Part shown: in pieces, positions 48,701 to 56,375 of the stretch
Numbering within the stretch: the stretch's first letter is position 1
Layout of the letters: each line of letters starts with the position of its first letter
Assembly: GCA_964636285.1 (NCBI GenBank)
Contig: CAZWQF010000004.1
Span: 67,666-131,665, forward strand
Length of the DNA stretch: 64,000 nt
From: an uncultured Candidatus Saccharibacteria bacterium
Lineage (GTDB): Bacteria; Patescibacteriota; WWE3; UBA101185; 2-01-FULL-41-18
Direction: 5' to 3'
Notes under the pieces: model-generated
Told to the model about the DNA's origin: nothing
What the model saw: the letters and a program-made list of their open reading frames with translations, nothing else
The model's database searches: none
Program-made: the position numbers and the translations under genes

Positions 48701-51700
48701 AAACAGCTCCAACTATTTCCACATCTCCGGGCGCACTCTTTGTTCTTGAGAGAGCGTCAGTAGTAGATGATCAAGGAGATGTTCTGTACGTTGGACATTC
48801 GTTGGGATTGTCCGAACTACACCTTGGAAATACAGTATCCGCAACTGCAGTAGGATGGGCAAAATACTACACAATAGACGGTTCTTATCAGTACCTATCC
48901 GGAAACATAAGGGGAGCTTTTGCTATGAATGGGGCTTCAGGAGATATTACGGATCTTTCAATGAGAAATAATGTTCTGGATGTTAAAAACTCCCCTACTT
49001 ATGGTGTTGCAGGAGTACGCGGAAAAGCTATGTCATTTAATGGGACCAACCAGTATGCGTGTTCGGACACCAATAACGACGGCACTTGCGATCTGGATGC
49101 AGATTTCAGCCCTGCGGCTGTTTCATTTCATATTGAAGCCTGGTTCAAACACTCAACGGCTATATCAGGGACTGACGTTCTCATTGACCACACCTATACC
49201 ACAGCGCCAGCATACGCTGGAGGCTATAGAATTTTCATGAATGCATCAGGACAGATGGTATTTGGAATAGACGATGATGCTACTGCGTGGGGAGATGATG
49301 ATGTTGTGACATCTACCCAAACATATAACGATAATCAGTGGCACCACCTTGTTGCTGTAAACACAGACACTGGAATTTGTTTGTACATAGATGGCAAGCT
49401 GGCCGTAGCTTGTGACACCTCTTTACTTGCTACTGCCACACTTACAATTGCAAATGTGGTGCTTGGAGTTGGTGCTGATTGTTCTGTAGGGGCAAACTGC
49501 TCCACAGGCGCAAACTTTTGGACTGGGGAAATTGATGATGTAAACATATCTATGGGCGGATCCACAACATCGGATTCACTAACACAAGCACAAGTCAGGA
49601 AAAAATATCTTGAGGGCAGAGCAGCGCTATCTAGACCCCTGGTACAGGTTACGGATGCAACAACGGCTTCTTCTACAACTATTGGAGATTCAGCAGAAAC
49701 CTGGATTCCAAATCAGCTCTCAGGTTCTGTAGTTGAGATCACTCAAGGCACGGGAGTTGGTCAAACAAGGAGAGTTGTCTCAAATACGGCTACTACACTT
49801 ACAGTCACACCTGCATTTACAACCACACCAGATACCACCTCTGATTTTGAAATCGTACCCGAACAGCTCTACGGAGCAACAAACACAGTTACTTCGATTG
49901 CAGTTCAGGATACTGACGTGCTTGGGTACGGAAAGACACTAATGGTTGGAACAAATAATGGTTCAGACGGTGGAGGTGTGACGATATTTGGTGGACAAGG
50001 CCATGCATATATCACGGATGTTTACCACGCAGATGCAGGAAAAACCGATGATAATGCCGCAACATATTCCGGAACAGACTACGACGATATAACTGCTGTA
50101 GCTGCTAAGTCAGGGGTAAGGGTTGTAGGTAATCTGGCTGGGTTCTGGACAGAAACAGATAACAAAGAATACGAAGCAAACATAGACAGAATTATGAATG
50201 AGATTACAAACATGAAGCAGGAACTTCTGGTTGATGGTATTACGGGTACATCAACAGAGACCGGACTTATGGGAGGAGCGGATCTTGCTGAGTACTACTA
50301 CTCCACCGAGCTACTTGAGGCAGGAGAAGTTGTGGCAATAGATAAAACTTTGAATGCAGGAGTTAAAAGATCCAGCACAGCCTACCAAACTGATGTAATA
50401 GGCATTGTTGCTACGTACCCAGGAATTATTCTTGGCACTAAAACTGATAATTCATTTCCTATCGCTTTATCTGGAAGAGTGCCAGTAAAAGTGAGTATTG
50501 AGAACGGTATAATTTTGGCAGGAGATAGATTAACAGCGTCAAGTGTACCAGGGCATGCTATGAGAACAGATACTGCAGGTAGAGTTATAGGGGTTGCAAT
50601 TGAAGACATGAGCCTTGATTCTCTTAGTGCCTGCGTGGATAACAACGGCCAGCCAATTACAAACTCGCAAGGTGAGGTCAAAAAGTGCGGAACAATAACA
50701 GCTTTTGTAAACCTTTCGGATTACAATAAAAATTCAGACGACACATTACTTAGTAGCTGGTACCAACAGCAAGCTGCAACTGAGCTCTACACAAAACTTT
50801 ACGAATCAGAGAGCGCAAATCAGGAGAGTACAGAATCAGCAACAATTCAAAGCTGTATTGACAACAACTGCACAGATAACGCGCTAGCAAGGCAAAGAAC
50901 AAAAGTTAAAGAGATACTTTCTATACTCAAAAATGCCAGTGAGGCCGGTGAGAAAGAAGGAACCATGTCTGCTCTCACAAAGCTACCTGAACTGCTAGCC
51001 AAAAAAATAACTGCAAGTCAAGAAATTATCACTCCTCTACTCTCTTCGCTTGTTGTGAACTCTGAAGAAGTAAACTCGGTAAAAATTAAGTCTGACTACT
51101 TGGAGGCTGGTTCACTTAAAACAGATTCGATTCAAGCAAATAATAAGGACATTAAGATCAACGTAGCCGAGGATGGAAAGGTGATTCTTTTTGGCACTGA
51201 TTCAAATGGCAAACCAAAAGACATTATCACTTTTGATCAATATGGAAACGCAAGTTTTAACGGCGACATAACCGCTGGAACAATCACCGCCGACAAAATC
51301 AAAGCAAATCAGATAGAAGGCATGGAGATTGTTACGGACAAGCTATCTTCGATCTCCAAAGAGCTCTCAGTGCTCTCAAAACAGTCCTCAGAGAGCGCTT
51401 TTATTAATCCTGAAGATCCTGAGGGAACTCTAATAAAAGGCATCAAGATAGGCGCCCTAGAGGCTCAGACGGCCAAGGTTATAGACATCACTGCTCTTGG
51501 AAAGATGTTCGTTAAAAAATCTTTGACTGTGGATGGACCTGCAACGTTTAAGGCAAATACTTTCTTTGAAAAACTTGCCGTCTTTATTAACAAAGTAATC
51601 TTTAAAAACGAAGTAATTTTTGAACAAGTTCCTACTTTCAACAGCGATACAGCAGGCTTTGCAATTATTAAGGAAGGTGACGATAGAGTAAGAATCAAGT

Positions 51701-52224
51701 TTGAGAAGGAATATAAAGATTTGCCGGTTGTTAACGCCTCTATTGCTTTATATAAGGACGACGATGGCAAAGAGAAAGACCAGGAATTTAAAGATAGACA
51801 GGATAGGGTTTTGGATCACGAATACCCATACATTGTGAGCGAACTTTCAACTGAAGGATTCACAATTATCTTGGGCAAAGAGGCAAAGGAATCAATCAAC
51901 TTTAGCTGGGTGGCATTTGCGGTTAAAGACGCAGTAACAGCAGGCGAAGAAAAAAAGGTCAAAGATCAGGTTGAGAGGCTCTTAAATCCAGACTTTGTGA
52001 AGAAGGCACAGGAGAATGAAGACAAAGAGAATAAAGATGAAAATAAAAACGAAGTAAAAGAAGAAAAGAAAGAGGAGCCTGTAAAAGATGAGCTCAAAAA
52101 TGAGAATTCAGATTCTGGTTCTTCAAGCTCTGTGTTAGGAGCAAGCACAAACTCAAATTTTGTGGAGACTTTGTTTAACACCGGATTATCCGGCGGGAAA
52201 GAAAGCTCAAGTTCGGCAAGGTAA
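45766..52224 (+). CDS. Giant (2152 aa) secreted/anchored surface protein, paralog of the 16-kb gene, with LamG/concanavalin-like lectin domain
   Basis: Short cytoplasmic N-terminus plus TM (FYTILASVSLFFLIATTFIAF), no HTH. Shares the NLNANTLVNIG...DTSDWDISLTGDLT module with the 16-kb gene. LamG-like region ~48980-49460 (MSFNGTNQYA...NQWHHLVAVNTDTGICLYIDGKL). ALSGRVPVKVS module ~50260-50620, then coiled-coil and a K/E-rich tail. Confidence 0.85.
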   Translation: MSRTKPIYRLPLPSLITNTRALAEKHIKGLGSFYTILASVSLFFLIATTFIAFNTSLLRSANAATGINRQISFQGKVVNINGTNVTNGNYNFVFRIYTVDTGGSPIWTETRTGGNQLTVTDGIFRASLGSVTSLPGSIDFNTDNIYLSVEFNTTDGTNEMSPRIRFSAVPYAINAEKVSGLTVTNTTGTLTIPNSKTLSIADDFSTSGAFGLTLTTTASTNVTLPTTGTLSTLAGTEILTNKSIGSTGLVFSGATTDITTATDEDFTVTVNGTGDYIINTDADTQFRLAGLANCDSIDTDASGNLACGTDAGASSSPFNTAVGVIDKATLGDRLRLRYGDVADTQLEIENTFLGSAPTADAMVIDLTGGASGIVTNGVDALSISAEFGNGTSSTNSGLNIIITPVGSPTGDETFYGLNIATLTGTSATETAVNIGAGWDTGINLNANTLVNIGDSGTDFTPTGGLTLAGALQINNTINATGTATFDGTLDANGIFTLGDGAEIGTIDTSDWDISLTGDLTGISFDANGTGNSITNIESADILDGTIAPTDLNLTTSDSPNDEDCLTFENSTTDFEWQTCQVSWNNLTAPSDNLSLSMASNTTTFTWGNATGASDMFTLTDTTNNTGTGAVFSVSTASGSTATPFEVSAQGNPAITVSSRANVGIKNINPQEALEVGNDTTRANMKIYGDILKDGYIDSTGLANVTDVFIYDTTRDSDGGAWTNGTIAQGLSWYTETKDNTSTACSITTDDRCGRSEFPKKALIISTPSAAYIFDARDNTMWMKFNQNSAGYAIGVDTNNNPTGVFALNGTVYIGMNGSAASGLYAINFTNDTLLNYDSVDRTQGDKNIANRNSAVSYATNANTAFSITDNIVNDVHGAVIFGSTTAGSPLNGGTFIAAATDSGTAVINLTAGRVIRYAGTTITNDINQVWLTRRGRLYQTNEALLQVERFNDIEADTANQTSADDIYDEQSANVPHLAKTAPTISTSPGALFVLERASVVDDQGDVLYVGHSLGLSELHLGNTVSATAVGWAKYYTIDGSYQYLSGNIRGAFAMNGASGDITDLSMRNNVLDVKNSPTYGVAGVRGKAMSFNGTNQYACSDTNNDGTCDLDADFSPAAVSFHIEAWFKHSTAISGTDVLIDHTYTTAPAYAGGYRIFMNASGQMVFGIDDDATAWGDDDVVTSTQTYNDNQWHHLVAVNTDTGICLYIDGKLAVACDTSLLATATLTIANVVLGVGADCSVGANCSTGANFWTGEIDDVNISMGGSTTSDSLTQAQVRKKYLEGRAALSRPLVQVTDATTASSTTIGDSAETWIPNQLSGSVVEITQGTGVGQTRRVVSNTATTLTVTPAFTTTPDTTSDFEIVPEQLYGATNTVTSIAVQDTDVLGYGKTLMVGTNNGSDGGGVTIFGGQGHAYITDVYHADAGKTDDNAATYSGTDYDDITAVAAKSGVRVVGNLAGFWTETDNKEYEANIDRIMNEITNMKQELLVDGITGTSTETGLMGGADLAEYYYSTELLEAGEVVAIDKTLNAGVKRSSTAYQTDVIGIVATYPGIILGTKTDNSFPIALSGRVPVKVSIENGIILAGDRLTASSVPGHAMRTDTAGRVIGVAIEDMSLDSLSACVDNNGQPITNSQGEVKKCGTITAFVNLSDYNKNSDDTLLSSWYQQQAATELYTKLYESESANQESTESATIQSCIDNNCTDNALARQRTKVKEILSILKNASEAGEKEGTMSALTKLPELLAKKITASQEIITPLLSSLVVNSEEVNSVKIKSDYLEAGSLKTDSIQANNKDIKINVAEDGKVILFGTDSNGKPKDIITFDQYGNASFNGDITAGTITADKIKANQIEGMEIVTDKLSSISKELSVLSKQSSESAFINPEDPEGTLIKGIKIGALEAQTAKVIDITALGKMFVKKSLTVDGPATFKANTFFEKLAVFINKVIFKNEVIFEQVPTFNSDTAGFAIIKEGDDRVRIKFEKEYKDLPVVNASIALYKDDDGKEKDQEFKDRQDRVLDHEYPYIVSELSTEGFTIILGKEAKESINFSWVAFAVKDAVTAGEEKKVKDQVERLLNPDFVKKAQENEDKENKDENKNEVKEEKKEEPVKDELKNENSDSGSSSSVLGASTNSNFVETLFNTGLSGGKESSSSAR

Positions 52225-52263
52225 AACTTAATATGCCCTGAAAAGGGCTCCAAAATTTAATCT

Positions 52264-52300
52264 AAGCGGCGGGTTCATCTACAACCTAACCCCGCCGCTT
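52264..52300. other. Strong 10-bp-stem hairpin after the giant gene
   Basis: AAGCGGCGGG-(17 nt)-CCCGCCGCTT, with an A-run on the plus side and no canonical U-run on either strand. Confidence 0.5.
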
Positions 52301-52559
52301 AAAAAATGTACAGACTTGGGAGTTTTGAAGTGTAAGGTTAAAAATTAAATTTGATATAAGTAAATTCCGCGGGTGCAAGTCAAAGTGTTTTAAACGCAAA
52401 ACAGCCCGGCCTCCACACTCATCATTCGTAACTTTCGTCACAAAATCAAAGTTTTGGATTCCGGGCTGTCACTAGCACCTAGGCTAGATTTTTGTCATTT
52501 TTACTCAGTCACTTGGGCGGAAGTGTGAGCTCGGATGACTTCCGATTTAGAGCAAGAGA

Positions 52560-53081
52560 TCAGGCGCGGGCGGATGTACGCATGGTACGATTCCGCTTGT
52601 TGACCGACTTCTTGCTTTTGCCGCCGCCCATCTGTGGACCACCCTGACCCCCGGTGCCCTTGGCTTTCTGGCACGCGGCGGCGCGGTTCTGCTGGCGGGC
52701 CTTGCGAGCGGCCTCTTTCTGGTTCCGAACACGATTCGCCTCGGCTTTATCCTGTTGCGAAGCGCCCTGCGTAGCGTATTGGACAAACGCCTTGGTGGCA
52801 AGTTCAACAGCGGTCTTGCGGTTGACGGCGGCGTTGCGATAGCCGATCCACTCTTCATTGGCAGCCTCTCGCGCCGCGTGGTAGCTAGCACAGGACTTGT
52901 CGCAGAAGCGGTGAACCACCTCATGAGAACCCTCTTGGACGGGGGGGAAAGACCACCCAGACAAGGAGGTACGCATGAGCACCGCAGGCGCAGCGCCCGA
53001 TCGGCTCGGGCTCCAGTTCCTTGATCGTAACCTTGCTCAAGCTCGACAAAGAAACTTCCGATGCAAAGTAGTGGGACATGA
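52560..53081 (-). pseudogene. Island ORF a: possibly frameshifted gene (basic, Gly-rich C-terminal tail) split at a G7/C7 homopolymer
   Basis: A 52-aa ORF with SD AAGGAGG (start ~53081, MSHYFASEV...) ends just upstream of the 140-aa frame 52560..52982 (…KTAVELATKAFVQYAT…KSKKSVNKRNRTMRTSARA). The frames change at the run GGGGGGG 52938-52944. Either a true pseudogene or a sequencing error. Confidence 0.35.
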
Positions 53082-53328
53082 CTGCCTCCTTGCCTTTTTA
53101 GGGCATGAAAAAAGAACGAAAATTGAGCCACTTCTAACAACTTCTTTGTTATAACAAAGCCGTCAAAAGCGGCCCAACTTCTCTTTTTGGGAGGACTGCC
53201 CTCCCCCATTCGGTTAATAGTATTGTTGAGATTTGAAAAGCGAATAGATACAAAAAAGGGGCGTCTGCCAGCGAATGCTACGGCATCTTTATTAGAAAAT
53301 TAAAACTAAATTGAAAACGCCTCCGAGT

Positions 53329-53484
53329 TGGGATGATACCAAGTTCGGAGGCGCCTATGAATGCAGTCCCTGATTTTATACCGGTTCGGGCTTGCTTGCC
53401 TTTCTCGCTAATACATAAAGGCAAACGAATTATTCCGGCAACCACGCCCGCGTTGTGCGAAGGTGGCTAATGAAGGGAAGGCAG
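53329..53484. repeat. Island intergenic repeat R2, copy a (hairpin plus conserved ~130-nt body)
   Basis: Hairpin GCCTCCGA-(loop)-TCGGAGGC. The body is shared with 55453-55622 through the conserved blocks TACCGGTTCGGG, AATTCCGGCAACCACG, GCGAAG-TGG-TAATGA and AGGCAG. Confidence 0.55.
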
Positions 53485-53876
53485 TCTATTTTTGCACAAC
53501 CCTTTTAACATGCATCAAATTTCTAATGTTGACCCGCTTACTGCGATAATCTGCAGAAAGCCCCGTTGTAGTTAGGTCTCATCTACGCCTGATGCAGGCG
53601 AGGCAGCTAGCAAGTTCCTAAGAACCTGTTTTGCCGGAGTACTCGACACCAGTTGACGATCAAACTGTCAACTAGTCGTTGTTCCACCCACTCATCCCCT
53701 TAACCGCGCCCTTTTCTCTGCGGGATAAATCATTACGGGGATTGCGGAAGCTCTCTGGACCCTTTCCATCTAGGAACCCAGTGCAGAAAGTGAGCTTCAT
53801 TCATTAAGCCCAGAACGTACCTGGACAGGATTTACTGATCGATGGGTTGATCAGCTGCACATCCTTTTTTCCAAGG

Positions 53877-54197
53877 CTATTTCGGAGTCGACGGCAACGG
53901 CAGGTAAAGCAGAAGGTATCCGCTAACCATACCAAAGTCGTACGTCAGAACCGAAAAGCGAGTGACCACCTCAGTTGCAGCCATGACCATGTCAGCTTGC
54001 AGAATCTGCATGCGCATGGGAACTTCAAGCTGCTTCTTGGTGGGCTTAATCGCAAGGACGTAAACATCCTTACTCGCTTTGCACCAAGCAAAGCGACCAC
54101 CAAGCCTCTCACGCAGCACCCTGGCATCCTCAAACTGCTTTCCAGGCTTTTTGTGCGTGAACTCGAGCTTGCCGATCTTGAAATCCTTGGGAGGCAT
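53877..54197 (-). CDS. Island ORF b: hypothetical 106-aa protein
   Basis: SD AAGGGGGT 7 nt upstream of ATG; protein-like composition. Confidence 0.5.
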   Translation of the reverse strand: MPPKDFKIGKLEFTHKKPGKQFEDARVLRERLGGRFAWCKASKDVYVLAIKPTKKQLEVPMRMQILQADMVMAATEVVTRFSVLTYDFGMVSGYLLLYLPLPSTPK

Positions 54198-54198
54198 G

Positions 54199-54405
54199 TT
54201 AATACCCCCTTCTGGATAAGAGCGAGCTCAAGAACAGGAGCCCCGCCCAAAACAACGCCACGGTGATACAAGCAAGAGGTACCGCTACCTCAAAGCTCAT
54301 ACCGTGACGGCTTGACGACAACATGGAGGCTGAAAAGACAACCACATTCACCGCCAAGACCAACATCGACGCCTTGACACGATCTTTCCAACTGTTTTTT
54401 CCCAT
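54199..54405 (-). CDS. Island ORF c: 68-aa two-TM membrane peptide (holin-like topology)
   Basis: Two hydrophobic helices and a charged C-terminus. SD AAAGGAAGG upstream. Ends 1 nt before ORF b. Confidence 0.4.
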   Translation of the reverse strand: MGKNSWKDRVKASMLVLAVNVVVFSASMLSSSRHGMSFEVAVPLACITVALFWAGLLFLSSLLSRRGY

Positions 54406-54849
54406 GGTAGGGAAACCTTCCTTTCGGAATACTCATAAACGCTGTTGGAAAGCGTTTCTGAGAGGTTTATCGGATTGAAGTACTTTGATAAACCCAAATA
54501 GAACAACTCGATTCTATTTGTTATCCTATTTTGATTTACCAAGTAGCTCTCAACTTTAGCCTGCTTTCGTCTTGCCTTTCGGAAGACTCATCAGTACCTC
54601 TTTGAGGTAAAGCAGGACAAGACACGCGTTCGATTTAAGATTTTAGAACATAGTGTACTAAAATCCCCTGCTTGGAGGTTTTGGCTATATCTCATGAACC
54701 AGCTTGCTTCCGCATCGGGTTTCTCTCCTCTGCAACAGGCTGCACGCTTCCTTCTCTAATTGCTTAGAGCTAGTACGCTATGACCTGCGCTTCAACGGGC
54801 GAGTGTCCCTACGGAGTTTTTAACTTAGGGCTAGCCATGAGATGCGATT

Positions 54850-55158
54850 TTAGGCGATTCGAGTTACAACTTTGGCCTTGAGCTGACTCACGTCAGAGAC
54901 CGCGGTGTGTACTGTCCATCCATTCTCACGCTTGTTCTGCGCAAGAGGAACGGCCAGGTAACTTTCGCCAATCTGCAGACCACCAAAAAGCTTGGAAGTC
55001 GCAGGCACTGCACCTAAAGCCTCAACGAGGCTCTTGGTATCCGGGTGTCCCACGTAATGCGGGGTGCCGGACAAGTCTTGCGGAAAGGCTACTTCTTTAC
55101 ATTCAAAAGTGCCTCCCGTAAGAACAGTGCTGGATAGAATCGCAACATACTTAGCCAT
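54850..55158 (-). CDS. Island ORF d: hypothetical 102-aa protein
   Basis: SD GGAGGTG 6 nt upstream of the ATG. Sequence MAKYVAILSSTVLTGGTFECKEV... Confidence 0.5.
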   Translation of the reverse strand: MAKYVAILSSTVLTGGTFECKEVAFPQDLSGTPHYVGHPDTKSLVEALGAVPATSKLFGGLQIGESYLAVPLAQNKRENGWTVHTAVSDVSQLKAKVVTRIA

Positions 55159-55384
55159 TTTTCACCTCCGTGTGGGCTGGCTAGCCCATGAAAATCCCCT
55201 ACCCGCTGGCTTTCGTTTTGGGTTACGCCTCTTTAATTACTTGAGGGAAAAACCTGCTAAAAATTCTATTACAGACTTTTCCCCCAAGTAATTATTGAGA
55301 ATATATCGAACTGCGTATCTTGCCACATAGGTTAATCTTTATTAATTTGTTGAAGATAACCTACAGAGAGAGTTGCTAAATTAG

Positions 55385-55448
55385 CTTCTTCCCTCGTTTA
55401 GCTAAAGAAACACCTACCAAGCCTTCTTTAGCTAAATGAAGAAAGAGT
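55385..55448. repeat. Island repeat R1, copy a (hairpin-containing ~64-bp direct repeat)
   Basis: ~94% identical to 56036-56099. Internal hairpin TAGCTAAAGAA-(14 nt)-TTCTTTAGCTA. Confidence 0.7.
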
Positions 55449-55452
55449 TTGT

Positions 55453-55622
55453 TTAAGCGCCCCTCAGGTTATACCACTATTGGGGCGCTTAAGGATGAAC
55501 TCGTTCTATACCCTAGTTTTACACCGGTTCGGGTCATCTATGCCAGCAAATGATGATCGAACAATAAATTCCGGCAACCACGTTCGCCTAAGCGAAGATG
55601 GGTTAGTGATGCGCTAGGCAGG
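55453..55622. repeat. Island repeat R2, copy b
   Basis: 11-bp-stem hairpin TTAAGCGCCCC-(loop)-GGGGCGCTTAA, then a body homologous to 53353-53484. Confidence 0.55.
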
Positions 55623-55952
55623 AATCAAATCCCCCCAACTCCAGCTAGAAAAGTCGGGACCATACTCCCACACCACATTCTCAAGCTGGAATTCCCACTC
55701 TCCTTGGAGCCGCCAAGCATGGATGTGCTCACATAGAATGTCGGCGGGCTCATCGTCCTCGTGCACCTCGCTCGGAAGGTGGGCAGTGCATGGCCATTTG
55801 GACGTCCCAGGATCCACAGGCTCAATCATGAACCAGTTGGCCTCTCCAAACACTGCTCTAAAAGACCTGCGCTCCAGCGTCCCCTCACAGTACACGCCTC
55901 GCGATATTTGGGTATCGTAAGGTTCCCACATTGAGATATAAACCTGAAGCAT
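55614..55952 (-). CDS. Island ORF e: hypothetical 112-aa acidic protein
   Basis: SD AAAGGAG ~8 nt upstream of the ATG. Trp/Glu-rich (…EHIHAWRLQGEWEFQLENVVWEYGPDFSSWSW). Confidence 0.5.
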   Translation of the reverse strand: MLQVYISMWEPYDTQISRGVYCEGTLERRSFRAVFGEANWFMIEPVDPGTSKWPCTAHLPSEVHEDDEPADILCEHIHAWRLQGEWEFQLENVVWEYGPDFSSWSWGDLIPA

Positions 55953-56035
55953 TTAGCACTACTCCTTTCTTGGAGTTACAACCGTTATCCCGTGCTTGGA
56001 TAATGGAGGTTAGTTAGAGAAAAGAACTCTGGAAA

Positions 56036-56099
56036 CTTCTTCCCTCGTTCAGTTAAAGAAACACCTACCAAGCTTTCTTTAGCTAAATGAAGAAAGAGT
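56036..56099. repeat. Island repeat R1, copy b
   Basis: Direct repeat of 55385-55448, upstream of ORF e and adjacent to the right island border. Confidence 0.7.
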
Positions 56100-56375
56100 G
56101 TGCACGCCCGGCCTGACTTATATCCAATTCACGAAATTTTATTTACTAGAGTAAAACCAAAAAAGCCGAGGCTTTTGAGAAACCACTTTCTCCAAAATCT
56201 CGGCCTTTCCAAACTTAGAATATCACCTAGGTAATAGTTTGAGAGGTAGGTTTTGGTAGGTTTCACCTATAATCTCTTACATGACAATTATATCCTATAG
56301 TATATAATAGGTCAACAGTGACCGCTTTGAACAAGTAGTCTTACATTCAATTTTTAAAACTTGTAGTATTAGGAC

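Larger units (their letters stand above)
52404..56114. mobile_element. Compositionally foreign GC-rich (~58-60%) island, candidate degraded integrated element
   Basis: GC jumps sharply relative to flanks. Five small minus-strand ORFs with good SD sites are separated by 450-650-bp structured intergenic regions. GCCCGGCCT occurs at both borders (52404-52412 and 56106-56114). No integrase or transposase was recognised. Confidence 0.45.

Noticed and set aside
52547-53209. 220-aa Arg-rich ORF in the GC-rich island
   Set aside because: It is the alternative frame of the same DNA as ORF a. Arg/Pro/Ala-rich junk composition is typical of an off-frame reading of GC-rich coding sequence.
53847-54271. 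Overlapping ORFs 53847..54266 (+) and 53945..54271 (-)
   Set aside because: They are alternative frames over ORF b (53877..54197), which alone has a proper SD and protein-like composition.
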